A stretch of DNA of 64,000 nucleotides from Octopus vulgaris. Taxonomy: Eukaryota. A program made the translations under genes and the position numbers. Below are positions 1 through 13,282 of the stretch, piece after piece. Positions within the stretch are counted from its first letter, which is position 1; every line of letters starts with the position of its first letter. The notes below the pieces were generated by a model. The model did not search any database. It had not been told where the DNA came from and worked only from the letters and a program-made list of their open reading frames with translations. Where the stretch lies: NCBI GenBank assembly GCA_951406725.2, contig OX597832.1, positions 23,436,001 to 23,500,000 on the forward strand, written 5' to 3'.

Positions 1-501
1 CATATTTCGTCAAAATGTTTCTCGTTTTATAAGAAAACATGACAAAATTTCAGACGAAGTTGTCTACTATATCTAGCAAATTGAACATCCACGCACAGAC
101 TCCATTCTTTACTCAGTGCATTAAACCAGTTGCCGTTTAGTACAAATCAATAAATTATAGGAATTGGACGCATTTCTTGAAGTTCTTCTCAACCAGGAAT
201 ATAACCAATATCTATCTTCGAAGATTTCCATTAACTTTCCCTTTGTAAGAAGATTAGAACTATTTCATGACATTCTACCGTAGAGTCTGGATATTTTATC
301 ATTCCATACATATTTCAAAATGAAATAGGATAAGAATGGTGATGCTGGAGATGGGTATATCTATAAAATCAATACATGGGAATATTTGAATGGTTAAGAA
401 GCCCTGTATGGTTAAGAAACTAGGTGCGAGGATGGCTCAGTGGTTAAGTGTTTTCTAAGCATCTATGAGGATTCAGGTTCATATATATTTATACATATAT
501 A

Positions 502-772
502 TCACCGTGAGCACTGTGACCTGCCATTCTATCAGATGTTGGTACACATCGCTGGTCACAATGCGCTTAGCATTGTTTTAGCCTTCAAATAACGCCACCC
601 CGCTGGCTAAGCGAGCAGGCCAATAGTAGAAAGAGTGAGAGAAAGTTGTGGCGAAAGAGTACAGCAGGGGTTTCCACCATCCCCTGCCGGAGCCTCGAGG
701 AGCTTTAGGTGTTTTAAGCACTCACAACGACCGCGAATCCGCTGCCCTAACCACTGGGCCATTGCGCCTCCA
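502..772 (-). mobile_element. tRNA-headed SINE, head A + tail 1
   Basis: Minus strand begins tggaggcgcaatggcccagtggttagggcagcgg (A-box-like). Head and body match 9040 and 12965, but the 3' part is unique in this window. Confidence 0.8.
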
Positions 773-914
773 TATATATATATATATATATACATATATA
801 CATACATATATATATATACACATATACATATATATATATATATATATATTGATAGAAATGGTAAGAAAACAAAAGAATGAAAGAGACGTCGATATTATGT
901 AAATAGAGGAATTT

Positions 915-1140
915 ATCTTTAAATATAATATGTGGCAATTATCGGGTAGCCATGATAAAACTCCGAGTTTCGGATGTTGGGGCGGAAACCCACGCCACCA
1001 TCACTTTTCGTAGCATGTTCATAGCATTTTTTCGATGGCCCGATAACTGAAAAGATGACAGCGTGGCATTACTCCCCGACAACCGAAACTCGGAGTTTTA
1101 TAATGGCTACCGAATAATTATCATATATTATATTTAGATA
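915..1140. mobile_element. Inverted pair of hammerhead-like modules (Penelope-like terminal remnant)
   Basis: Arms about 915-1010 and 1049-1140 are reverse complements. The right arm reads ataa-CTGAAAAG...-GAAA-ctc g gag-TT-ttat, a degenerate core. Confidence 0.55.
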
Positions 1141-2374
1141 GATATATATGATATATATCCCTGATATATATCATATACCGTTTCTCTATTTGTAGTTCTT
1201 AAATACTCCTCGGTTATTTCTAAACCAAAATAGTATGTTATTCCACACGTATATACCTGGTTGACTTGTTAGTGTTTTTTTTTCATATTCGGTTTCTTTA
1301 CACACGAGGTTTACAATAATATATATTTATGTTTTCTTGTGCACACGTTTCAGTATTGTAAGAGCAATTTCCATTTATATTACTATATGTGGAACAATTA
1401 TAATTCTGACTCTTTCTAACAATAGATATATGATATAAAAGAGATAGTGTCAAAATGTCATTATTCCCAGGTTTGTGGAATTCCCATAAACTTTAACTTC
1501 TAGTACGTCTCTCAAGAAGCAAATTAGCACCAAATTCTAAGAGATTTTCTGTTGTGTAAAGGCATTGCTACTAGAAATAGAATTTCGTTGCTCTATCGAA
1601 ACACAAAAATCAGATATCATTTACGACGAAATAATATCGCGAATATAACATTATTTATATGAGATATCTCATAAAACTTGAGATATGAAACCCACAATAT
1701 AATGAGGGTTTTGAAGGAAATTAAATTTTCTCATATTATTTATACGATGCAGTTTCGTACAATAGCATTGTTTGTTATGACAGGGTTGGTTCGTTCGTTC
1801 GTTCGGAAGATCCAGGTCTTTACAAATCAGTTTTGATTCTCCTGTGAACGGATCTTGCATAGATTCTATAAGCCATCCAGCTAACATGTCAAATGGGATT
1901 CAATTCATTCAACGCTGCAACACATCTTTTTTTTTTTACTTCTTCTTCATATTATTATTATTATTATTTTCTGAATTAGATTATTCTGATACCAAAGAAG
2001 TTGGGTTAATTGTTTGGAGAGTCGCAAGAATACAAGAATACAAGAATACAAGAATACATTGATCCTATGCACAACTTCTAAGCCGCAAATAAATGAGAAA
2101 TAAATCTACTTCCTGCAAAATCAAGCAGAAACATAATCCTTATTCCACATGTGGCAATATATTGTAGAAACACAGCGAAAAACGTAACAAGCAACCCTAT
2201 ATCTTTACTGAAAAGGCCGTCAGCTGTTAGTTCTTAACGCTATTAATTTCATTATATTCTTCTGTGATTTAATTAATTAAAGGTGAGTAGGAAATTCCAT
2301 GTACAAAACAAGAATAATTGTTTACGCATCATAACACGACAGAGCATTGATACAGTTTGTGTATATTTAATATT

Positions 2375-2962
2375 TATTTCTTTATTGCCCACAGGGGCCT
2401 AAATATAGAGGGAACAAACAAGAACAGACAAACGGATTAAGTCGATTATATCGACCCCAGTGCGTAACTGGTACTTATTTAATCGACCCCGAAAGGGTGA
2501 AACGTAAAGTCAACATCGGCGAAATTTGAACTCAGAACGTAATGGCAGATGAAATACCAAGGGTCTAAACACAGAGAGGACAGACAAGGACAGACAAACA
2601 GATTAAGTCGATTATATCGACCCCAGTGCGTAACTGGTACTTATTTAATTGACCCCGAAAGATGAAAGGCATGAAACGTATTGACCCCGAAAGATGAAAG
2701 GATGAAACGTAAAGTCAACATCGGCGAAATTTGAACTCAGAACGTAATGGCAGATGAAATACCAAGGGTCTAAACACAGAGAGGACAGACAAACAGATTA
2801 AGTCGATTATATCGACCCCAGTGCGTAACTGGTACTTATTTAATTGACCCCGAAAGATGAAAGGCAAAAATCTCGGTGAAATATAAACTCAGAATGTAGG
2901 GAATAGCGAAATGCCGCTAAGGGTTTTGTACGATGTGTTAAAGATCCTGCCATTTCGTCGTC
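2375..2962 (-). mobile_element. Family C SINE multimer (head + about 3 body units)
   Basis: Repeated gtcgattatatcgaccccagtgcgtaactggtacttatttaatcgaccccgaaag blocks, with internal junctions at gaaatacc (GGTATTTC on the minus strand). Confidence 0.85.
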
Positions 2963-2993
2963 TTGTGACACTTGGAATATTAAATATACATTA

Positions 2994-3224
2994 AGGCGGC
3001 GAGCTGGCAGAAACGTTAGCACGCCGGGCGAAATGCGTAGCCGTATTTCGTCTGCCGTTACGTTCTCAGTTCAAATTCCACCGAGGTCGACTTTGCCTTT
3101 CATCCGTTCGGGGTCGATAAATTAAGAACCAGTTACGCACTGGGGTTGATATAATCGACTTAATCCGTCTGTCTGTCTTTGTTTTTCTCCTCTGTGTTTA
3201 GCCCCTTGTGGGTAGTAAAGAAAT
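2994..3224 (+). mobile_element. Family C SINE, full length, C1 tail
   Basis: ggcggcgagctggcagaaacgttagcacg...gcctttcatcc...ggggtcgataaatta...gccccttgtgggtagtaaagaaa. The central block resembles the Meta/MESC SINE domain (inference from memory). Confidence 0.9.
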
Positions 3225-4214
3225 TGGTATAATGGCCGAATTTATAAGCTACTGCATGAGCAGAATATGGGTTGCGGGTTTAAGTTTATTTCTATGTGCT
3301 TCTGGATAGAACACGAGCGATGTATTCAGAAACAACAACTCACCTCTGTTCAGAAACACATAAATCTACATTTATATCAATGCATATTTTGAAATAGAAT
3401 CTGTGTTTTTCATTTTTAATATGTTCCTAGCAATAATGTGGTTCCTTAATGAAAGATGCTTACATATCCAATAAACGTAACAAAATTGCATGTTACCATA
3501 TTTATCGTCGTAATTCTTGATAGATTTCATAAGAAATGTTTAAGATTTTACTGTGAATATCTTGGAAACAGGAAACTGCCACACTCTAAGTGTATTCAAA
3601 GTAATGATGTCGGAGACTACTACAAGAAGGGTTAAATAATTGCTGTAATTCCATTATTCCTCATTTCACTAAAAAAAAATGGTACAAACGAGTGATTTTA
3701 AATTAAGTGTAAATTTCTCGTCTGTAATAGTGTGATAGAAATTGCGAGACACCATATCTTTTGTCGGAGTTCCTGAGATAATTCCACTGAAAAACTTTGG
3801 AATTTAATGGGAACAGCTTGCAAACAGAAAACTGCCTGAGTCTACCTATGTTCAGAGTTATGATATCAGAGACTATTGTAAGACGTGATAACTTATTATA
3901 CCCAACGCTTCCTCATTGTGCTCAAAAAACAGTTCAAACAAATGATAATAAATTAAGTGAGAAAATTCTCTTATCAAGATTGGAAATTGATATTTAAAAA
4001 AACAAAACAGCCAGAAGTGAATTTCATAACGAGACAGAAGTGTTTTTCCTTTGTTATTTTAGGTGTATTTTTCCCCATCATAATGTGATTGAATTAAATA
4101 TTCTAAACATGAAATATTTCTCCAAATCCCATTTAGCTAAACCTACAAAAGAAAAAAGGAGAGAATCTATATTAAATTGCAAAATTACATGGATTTTTTT
4201 TCATTCATTTTAGT

Positions 4215-4550
4215 CTCCTCTCTCTCCTTCTTTCGATTTCTCTCTCTCTCTTAGTCTTCCTCACAAACGCATACATTATTTGTCTATATACCTTTCTCTT
4301 TGTCTCTCTCCCCTCATTTCTCTCTCTCTCATTCTCTCTATCTCTCTCTCTCTCTCTCTTAGTCTTCCTCACAAACGCATACATTATTTGTCTATATACC
4401 TTTCTCTTTGTCTCTCTCCCCTCATTCTCTCTCTCTCATTCTCTCTATCTCTCTCTCTCTCTCTCTTAGTCTTCCTCACAAACGCATACATTATTTGTCT
4501 ATATACCATTCTCTTTGTCTCTCTCCCCCATTCTCTTCCTCTCTCTCTCT
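4215..4550. repeat. (CT)n-rich tandem repeat with a unit of about 108 bp
   Basis: cttagtcttcctcacaaacgcatacattatttgtctatatacc occurs three times (about 4250, 4358, 4465), separated by (CT)n. Confidence 0.85.
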
Positions 4551-4774
4551 TACACACAAATACGTACATATACATATGCACACATACATTATCTCACTAT
4601 ATACATCGCGTTAAGTACTGGGGGGGGGGTCGATGTAATCGACTATCCCTCTCCCCCAAATTTCAGGCCTTGTGCTGATAACAGAAAGGTGTTAATATAC
4701 AAACGGAGGGCGGAATACATATACGCAAGCACACATGTCCAACGACGTGTGTGGGCGTATATGTATGAGAGTAA

Positions 4775-5540
4775 TTTCTTTTCTACTCAAAGGCACAAAG
4801 CCCAAAATTTGGGTGAGGGGATTAAGTCTGTTAGATTGACCCCAGTATGCAACTGGTACTTAATTTATCGACCCCGAAAGGATGAAAGACAAAGTCGACC
4901 TCGGTCGAATTTGAACTCAGAACGTAAAGGCAGACGAAATACTTATTTCTTTACTACCCACAAGGGGTTAAGCACAGAGGAGACAAACAAGGACAGACAA
5001 ACGGGTTAAGTCGATTATATCGACCCCAGTGCGTAACTGGTACTTAATTTATCGACCCCGAACGGATGAAAGGCAAAGTCGACCTCGGGGAATGTGAACT
5101 CAGAATGTAGCGGCAGAAGAAATACCTATTTCTTTACTACCCACAAGGGGTTAAGCACAGAGGGGACAAACAAGGGCAGACAAAGGGATTAAGTCGATTA
5201 CATCGACCCCAGTGCGTAACTGGTACTTAATTTATCGACCCCGAACGGATGAAAGGCAAAGTCGACCTCGGGGAATGTGAACTCAGAATGTAGCGGCAGA
5301 AGAAATACCTATTTCTTTACTACCCACAAGGGGTTAAGCACAGAGGGGACAAACAAGGGCAGACAAAGGGATTAAGTCGATTACATCGACCCCAGTGCGT
5401 AACTGGTACTTAATTTATCGACCCCGAACGGATGAAAGGCAAAGTCGACCTCGGGGGAATTTGAACTCAGAATGTAGCGGCAGAAGAAATACCGCTAAGC
5501 ATTTCGCCCGGCGTGCTAACGTTTCTGCCAGCTCGCCGCC
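4775..5540 (-). mobile_element. Family C SINE tetramer (unit about 183 bp)
   Basis: One head at 5540 is followed by head-less units with a 183-bp period (cagaatgtagcgg at 5101 and 5284). The last unit ends in the alternative C2 tail. Confidence 0.9.
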
Positions 5541-5750
5541 ATGTATAAGAGTAATTATCGTACTGATGTCTTTGACGAGACGCATCTTAGTAACTTTTGT
5601 TAACATCAGTTCTGTTAACATCAGCCACCATGACACACTAAACTTCGTTATAATAAAGAAGCACTTAAAATTATCCCTTCTAACAGACAGCAGTATGATA
5701 AATAGATAGATAGATAGATGTTTGATTGTATATATATACATATATACATA

Positions 5751-6176
5751 GGCGCAGGAGTGGCTGAGTGGTAAGTAGCTTGCTAACCAGCCACATGGTT
5801 CCGGGTTCAGTCCCACTGCGTGGCATCTTGGGCAAGTGTCTTCTGCTATAGCCCCGGGCCGACCAATGCCTTGTGAGTGGAATTGGTAGACGGAAACTGA
5901 AAGAAGCCTGTCGTATATATGTATATATATATATACATATATATGTATGTGTGTCTGTGTTTGTGTGTCTGTGTTTGTCCCCCTAGCATTGCTTGACAAC
6001 CGATGCTGGTGTGTTAACGTCCTCGTCACTTAGCGGTTCGGCAAAAGAGTCCGATAGAATAAGTACTGGGCTTACAAAGAATAAGTCCCGGGGTCGATTT
6101 GCTCGACTAAAGGCGGTGCTCCAGCATGACCGCAGACAAATGACTGAAACAAGTAAAAGAGTAAAAGAGAGTAAAG
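5751..6176 (+). mobile_element. Family D SINE (CORE-like, internal TA/TG microsatellite)
   Basis: ggcgcaggagtggctgagtggtaag...cttgggcaagtgtctt...(TA/TG)...ggcggtgctccagcatg...gtaaaagag. About 10 copies are present in the window. Confidence 0.9.
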
Positions 6177-6280
6177 TGTATATATATATGTGTGTGTGTG
6201 TGTATCTGTATATATATATATATATTATGAGAGAGAGACAAACAAAGAGACACATACATGTATCCACATGCAGGAGTTCG

Positions 6281-6317
<37 letters not shown>

Positions 6318-6641
6318 ATGTGTATAACTGTGTGTGTAACTGTCGTATTGACTTCTTTCGCAGCACGATTGTTAAGTAATCTTGAAGCGATCTTGTTAAA
6401 ATAAAAACAGCTGACACCACCATAGCCAGCGATCACGTCAGTCACTGTTCGTCGTAACATCTATGGCGTATTCCTCAGCATGTAGAACGATGCGGATTTC
6501 TTACTTAGAAGGCGAAACTTTTAGCATAACACGAAACGAAGTAAAGAAAGTACAAAAGAGAATGGAAACTTCTTAAATCTACAACACAATAATTCCCGTA
6601 AATATTCCAGAATAGTTTTAATCGTGTTCATTTACCTTATT

Positions 6642-7484
6642 TTAACCCTTTTGATGCCAACCCACCTGCTTAAGACAAAACAGGTTTCTATGATAGAATC
6701 TTCATCATCTTAAGGGATCAAAATTAAAGTTTTTCATCACAGTTTTACGATTTCAGTACTAAACATCAATTTAATAACGACGGTTATTTTAATATATTAA
6801 GACGGCGAGCTGACAAAAACGTTAGCTCGCCGGGCGAAATGCGGTATTTCGTCTGCCGTTACGTTCTGAGTTCAAATTCCGCCGATGTCGACTTTGCCTT
6901 TCATCCTTTCGGGGTCGATAAATTAAGTACCAGTTACGCACTGGGATCGATGTAATTGACTTAATCCGTTTGTCTGTCCTTGTTTGTCCTCTCTGTGTTT
7001 AGCCTCTTGTGGGTAGTAAAGAAATAGGTATTTCGTCTGTCTTTACATACTCAGTTCAAATTCCGCCGAGGTCGACTTTGCCTTCCATCCTTTCGGGGTC
7101 GATAAATTAAGTACCAGTTGCATACTGTGGTTGATCAAAAATGTCGGGCCTTGTGCATAGAGTAGAAAACGTTTTTTTACAATATTCTTCATTATTGAAA
7201 TGCGATTGTTTCAACTGAAATATAGTAGCATATGGATTAATAAAAAGAAAGTAACTTTCCCTAATTTTCCATAATATTCCAAAATTTATTGTAGCCAAGA
7301 CAGTGTATTTCGAGAGTAGAAAATGGCGAATGAGGATAGTTATTGTATTAACTTGTTCATTAATTTTTTTTAATTAATTGAAACCAAATCATTGTATTTC
7401 GACGACAAAATTGTTTTCATAAATTTTCATTACTTTTAACTGAAACGAAGCGTGTGTCAAAAAATGTTGGTAACAAAAGGATTC
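6642..7484. mobile_element. Possible degraded TTAA-type (piggyBac-like) non-autonomous element hosting a SINE dimer
   Basis: ttaacccttttgatgccaac at 6642 and gttggtaacaaaaggatt near 7467-7484 form imperfect terminal inverted repeats. Confidence 0.3.
6800..7170 (+). mobile_element. Family C SINE dimer (C1 unit then C2-tailed unit)
   Basis: Junction aaagaaata|ggtatttcgtctg near 7027. The second unit ends ggccttgtgcatagagtagaaaa. Confidence 0.88.
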
Positions 7485-8312
7485 TAACGACAAAATTGTT
7501 TTACTTGGATTCTTCATTAATTTCAAAAATTTATTGAAGTAAAAACAGCGTATTTCAACAGGAATGTATTTAAAAACTGTTAACGTTTATTGAACAAATA
7601 TGAGATCAAAAGCATTCCAATCATGACCATCCCGTCAAAGTATACGAATACACTTTCTAATGTGTTCTTTTTTCGTTGTTGTTTTGCTTAGACCCAAATT
7701 AACCCTGATAAACATATTTCTGATATACAACATTCCCAAAGTGACCATTACACCTTTACTTTTATATATACGTTTGTGTATATACGATGCACCTTCTTTT
7801 AGAGAGTAGTTTGTTGAACCCGAGCCTGTTGGGTCAGATACTTTACCAACAAAACGTGCTCTGTTATGGGATCGAACCAGTAGCAACGCCGTTTCAACAT
7901 GTATCCTCTATTTCTTCTATTTTGTTAGCCAAATTAGCCTCAAACTCAAATATATGTTGTGTTGTATGCTTGGTGGTGTAAATTTTAATTGATGTGTATC
8001 GGCGAAAAACTATACGAAGAACAGCAATAAAGATTAAGCTCCATGTTTTACGAAAAGAATTAGTTTTGCATCGACTAAGCACCAGATGTGACACACGGCA
8101 TGAAAACTATTATGAAAATGAACAGCGGTTGAAATCATTTAAACCAACGACGTTATTGTTCACTAATCGTCATATAGAATAACTGAATAAATAGATAGAA
8201 AGAAATATACTTCGTCAAACTTTCCTCATGTGATCCTATGATAATTAGAACACATGTATAGAATATATTAGTCTTTCAAAAGAGAAATATTTACTTTATT
8301 GGTTTGTTTCCC

Positions 8313-8562
8313 GGAGGCGCGTGGCTTAGTGGTTAGAGTGTCAGCACCATGATCGTAAGATTGTGGTTTCGATTCCTGGACCGGGCGACGCGTTGTCTTC
8401 TTGAGCAAAACACTTCATTTCACGTTGCTCCAGTCCACTCAGCTGGCAGAAATGAGTAACGCTGCGATGGACTGGCATCCTGTCCAGCTGGGGAACACAT
8501 ACGCCATAGAAACCGGGAAACTGGGCCCATGAGCCTGGCTAGGTTTTAAAAGAGTGCATTTA
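8313..8562 (+). mobile_element. tRNA-headed SINE, head B + tail 3
   Basis: ggaggcgcgtggcttagtggttag...ggtttcgattcc (A and B boxes), then ttgagcaaaacacttcatttcacgttgctccagtcc, then tail gctgcgatggactggc...agaaaccgggaaactgggccc. Confidence 0.88.
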
Positions 8563-9039
8563 TATTTTTATATTATTGGTTTGTTTCATTTTCATCTTTG
8601 AAAATTTCTCCTGCGATTTTCAGATTATGTGTTATGGGGATGGATTTCCGTCGTCTGTCGATGACGATACAACTGCTGAATCTTCTGAATAACCTGATCG
8701 TTGAATTGACGTATATTCCAGATTCGTGAATATATACCTACCATATTTCTCAGACAGAATCAACGTATCGAGTGACACTGCGTGTGACAAGGCCTTAACT
8801 TCTACATTACAGGTAGAGTCCACTTGACTGCCTTTTATACAATTTTTGTTTACCCAACTTCATTCAGAAGGCATACGCAAATTAACCAGCAATAGAATCG
8901 AAACTGAGACCTTGTAGATGCGAGGCTAACATCTTAACCATTCGGCCTTACCGAACCTACACGTTTCTAAACCGTATCTATAAAACAAAATCATCAAAAA
9001 ACCTTAGTTTCATTTTAACACCGTACGTACATTTGTACG

Positions 9040-9428
9040 TGGAGACGCAATGGCCCAGTGGTTAGGGCAGCGGACTCGCGGTCGGAGGATCGCGGTTTCG
9101 ATTCCCAGACCGGGCGTTGTGTGTATTTATAGAGCGAAAACACCTAAAAGCTCCACGAGGCTCCGGCAGGGGGTGGTGGCGACCCTGTTGTACTCTTTCG
9201 CCTCAACTTTCTCTCACTCCACTCTTACTTCCTGTTTCTGTTGTACCTGTATTTCAAGGGGCCGGCCTTGTCACCTCTGTGTCACGCTGAATATCCCTGA
9301 GAACTACGTTAAGGGTACACGTGTCTGTGGAGTGCTCAGCCACTTACACGTTAATTTCACGAGCAGGCTGTTCCGTTGATTCGGATCAACCGGAACCCTC
9401 ATCGTCGTAACCGAAAGAGTGCTTCCCA
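9040..9428 (+). mobile_element. tRNA-headed SINE, head A + tail 2
   Basis: Head matches 12965. The tail (ccttgtcacctctgtgtcacgctgaat...cgtcgtaaccga) is shared with 42027 and 43593. Confidence 0.88.
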
Positions 9429-9882
9429 CATTTGTACGTTATAAAAATGTTCTTATATTAAGCGCATGTATACAACAGGTATAGCTAACAATGACAAGTA
9501 AATCACACTTGTCGAGGTTATTTCTTGGGCTTCTTAAAAGTTTTTTTCCTCAAACTTAGCAAGTAGATGTAAATTACAAACTACAAAGTTTGAAAGAGCT
9601 TTGGAAATAGAATCTAATAAAAAAAAATATAAATTCCGAAAGAATGAAGAAAACACTTCAACTTTTTGGTAGGTTTTTTTTTTTCCCCAATATTTTCAAT
9701 GATGTTCTTTTAAGTATATTTTGATTCTGTTGTTTATTTTTACAGTACAAGTGTGTAAATAAAAAAACAGTTATTAAATATTTCTCGTCTAATAAACATG
9801 TCTGAAAATATTGTAAATATATTCAAAATGATACATCTACAACAAATAACATACACAAACACATATAACTCTGTGTATGTAC

Positions 9883-9951
<69 letters not shown>

Positions 9952-10093
9952 ATATTTATATATTCTATAGATATAGATAAACACACATACACACACATGC
10001 ATATACGCACATATATATGCGTGCGTATGCGTATATATAAACATGTTAGTTTACCAATTTCTACTTAAATTGAAAAAGAAAATATGAAACGCT

Positions 10094-10129
10094 TTAATCG
10101 ATTTTCGGCCCTTATTGGAGCCTCATCAG
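10094..10129 (-). ncRNA. Hammerhead ribozyme core (stem I not evident)
   Basis: Minus strand: CTGATGA-GGCTC-caataa-GGGCC-GAAA-ATCGAT-TA. Confidence 0.5.
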
Positions 10130-10328
10130 CGGTGTCTACATCACAGAGAAATAAGTTGACAATCTATTTACATACCCTCATACCCTTCAAATCTAATAGC
10201 TTCAGGGAGCTGGAGATACAAATTTGCATATTCTAAGCGTTGAACACTTCATTTAATATCGCTGCCTCTTCAATAGGGAACCATGTGCACACAGTATCGG
10301 GATATGATATAATATATATAAACCTATT

Positions 10329-11543
10329 TACCAGGTTGAGCTGAAAAGTTCATAAGCTGACCATGAAGTTGTGGTCCTGGACGTGTAAACTCTTTCATGC
10401 ATTAATTTCAGTTCTACTTATTAATAAAGGCATTAAAGTTTCCCAGTAAACTAACTGTTCAAAGATGACTTCAAAAGAAACTAGTAGTGACTTCTCCTCA
10501 ATATGGGCAAAATGCAAAATTTGGCACTGTGGTTTTGTCATGTACGTGCAGGAAAAGGGTTTAGCCCTAACAACATTCATGATGACATGGTTACTACATT
10601 AGAGAGTGACGCTCTAGCTTTATCAACAGGGCAAAGGTTGCCAGTTTAATTATGAGGAGAACGGAGTGTCTTGAAGCTGACACAAAGTTTGAACATCCTG
10701 CAAAGTTTGAACAAGGAAAACATTGATCGTGTTCATGGATGACCGGCGATTGACTATAAATTATAAAGTCAATGTCATTAGCATATCCTGTAACAGAGTT
10801 GAGAATATTGTCTACAATGAACTTGGCATGCCAAAAGTTTCTGCTCAGAGGCTGCTACGTTGTCTGACACCTGATCAAAAGCGCACTAAGCTAATCACAT
10901 CACGGGAAAATGTGACCTGGTTTAAGGCAGATCCAGCGGGTTTCCCTGAACGTTTCCTAAGCCAGGATGATTGTTCGGTTCATCACTTTGACCCGGAGAC
11001 AAAGAAACAATCTATGCAGTGGAAACACAACTCCTCGCCTGTTCCAAAGAACGCCAAAGACATTGAGTTGTTGACTATCTTCAAAAGGGCCATACTATCA
11101 ATGGAAAGTAATGAGCTAACTTCCTGAGGCAGTTATGAAAGACTCTTAAGACCAAAGGCCAGGAAAACTGACGAAAGAGGTCTTATTTTATCCAGCACAT
11201 AAGTTGTTGGTTTCATTGACTGTTGTGCGTGATTATTGCATTGATCTGGTTGATCCCCTGCTCTACTCTCCTGATTTGGTTTCCATCTATCAAATATTCC
11301 CCAGCGTGAAAAAAGCACATAGCTAGGAACCAGTATCGTAGTGATGACGATATCATATTTGCTGCTGGTGACTTTTTGAGCAAGAGGCTGAGGGCTTCTT
11401 CACCAATGGGAACACAACACTGCAACACCGATGGAAGAGATGTGTGAGCTGTAAAAGAGACTATGTTGAAAAATAAACCTTATTTGGTTACATTCTATGA
11501 GAGCATCTTGGCCAGCCTATGAACGTTTCAGACGATACTCGTA
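10329..11543 (+). mobile_element. Decayed mariner transposon of about 1.2 kb (transposase pseudogene)
   Basis: Imperfect TIRs (gctgaaaagttcataagctgacc / ggccagcctatgaacgtttcag) bounded by TA. Peptide remnants include KVSAQRLLRCLT (from WVPRLL), DDCSVHHFDPETKKQSMQW, YSPDL and RWKRCV..DYVEK. Confidence 0.88.
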
Positions 11544-12964
11544 CTAGACTTACAAACATCAAATTTTCCTATTTCTCCATACTTCCTTGAAAGGTTCAAC
11601 TCCTAAAGAGAGATGCGGCGTCTTCACTCACAGCCAATTTTGAGAAACATTTTTATATATAAAGTTTAATCTAATATATTATACCAGAGTTTCACAGAAA
11701 AGAAATTCTATTTTAAAGCAGACAACAGAATTATGTCTACAGTGTATACTGTAGGCGTATAGTTTTATCGGCCTTTTTTGATTTACAAAAGTTCTGATCA
11801 TTGCCAACATAGTATTAATTGGCAATATTTTAATTCCGTTCTTCCTCCTTTATTTTTGTACACGCTTGCAGCCGTGTATATGTTTATGCGCATGCGTAAG
11901 TTATATTTGCGTTTGTTTGTGTATGTGTGCGTGTGTATGTGAGTGTGTTTGTATTTGTGTAAGTGTATGTGTATGTATGTGTGTATTTGTGTGCGTCTGT
12001 ATTTGTGAATGTGTGGAAGTGTGTGTGGATTTGTGGATGTTGACCACCGGAGTGTTAGAGATATTATTATTGACCCCAAGGTTAGTTGTCACTTTTATCT
12101 TTATGAAATTTTGGATAGGATAGACACGCGTATTTGGAAACATATGCTTACAGTGATGTCATTATTCTAAGTATGAAAACATATGACTTAGATGGTCGAT
12201 TGTTCGGTTCATCATCATAACGTCGTGGAATTAATTCCTGGGCCGAGCGGCCCGTTATATTCTTCGGCAAACACTTCATTTCCCACTGTGTATTCAGGTA
12301 TAAACTGGTACCAACCGGCTGCTGGTACATCTCTTTCCCCACCCACACCCAAATATTACAACGTGGATGTATCGCTGAGTCAAGGGTGAACATTCAAGAA
12401 GATGTCCATGTCTGTTTGCGACTGCGTAAAGGAAAGCTTGGCGCATGTTGCCATTTCATGCTCGCTCACAAGTGACGACTGCCTATGTTTTATTATTCTA
12501 AGTAACACAGCAACTACTTGTTCTTTAACATATTATAGGGAAAGGCAAAGAGGTTTGCTATAGATGTGACTTAGCATTTAGAATTATTATGAGTTGGGTT
12601 GGAGAGAACATTGTCAGCGTTCACTATATTGGAAAGGTTTACGAAATAAACAGTGCATAATATGAAAGGGAAAATATTCTCAAATGAAATACTAACGAAA
12701 TCTAATGTTCAAAGCAACAGGTGGTTAAGAGAAGATACAGGGGAGGTCTTTGGTGCGGATGTGTTAGAAAACACGTCAAAACATAGAAATAACTTCGGGC
12801 TGACTGAAACATTAGCGTGCCGGACAATATGCTTAGCGGCACTTTTTCCAGCTCTGTGTTCCGAACCAGATCGGTGAATACGTTATGAATCCGCCGAAGT
12901 TGATTTTTGTCTTTCATCTCTCCAGGATCGCTCAAATAAGCATCAATTTAGCATTGATGTAATC

Positions 12965-13282
12965 AGGAGGCATAATGACCGAATGGTTAGGGTAGCGGAC
13001 TCGCGGTCGGATGATCGCGGTTTCGATTCCCAGACCGGGAGTTGTGTGCGTTTATTGAGCGAAAACACCTAAAAGCTCCACAAGGCTCCGGCAGGGGGTG
13101 ATGGCGACCCCTGTTGTACTCTTTCGCCCCAAATTCCTCTCACTCTTTCTTCCTGCTTCTTGAGTAACGCTGCGATGGACTGGCGTCCCGTCCAGCTAGG
13201 AGGAACACATATGCCATAGAAACCGGAAAACCGGGCCCATAAGCCTGGCTAGGCTTGAAAAAGGCGCATAAATAAATAAAAA
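12965..13282 (+). mobile_element. tRNA-headed SINE, head A + tail 3
   Basis: Head and body as in 9040. From gagtaacgctgcgatggactggc onward it is nearly identical to the tail of 8313. Confidence 0.88.

Noticed and set aside
423-481. tRNA-like sequence
   Set aside because: Truncated A/B-box head without an acceptor stem; a SINE remnant. The other tRNA-like heads likewise continue into SINE bodies.
2360-2990. 15-bp inverted match (tgtatatttaatatt) flanking the SINE array
   Set aside because: Almost entirely A/T in an AT-rich region; cannot be distinguished from chance.
4775-5540. Regularly spaced repeats resembling a CRISPR array or retrozyme tandem
   Set aside because: The units are whole SINE bodies without unique spacers, the context is eukaryotic, and no hammerhead core was found in the unit.
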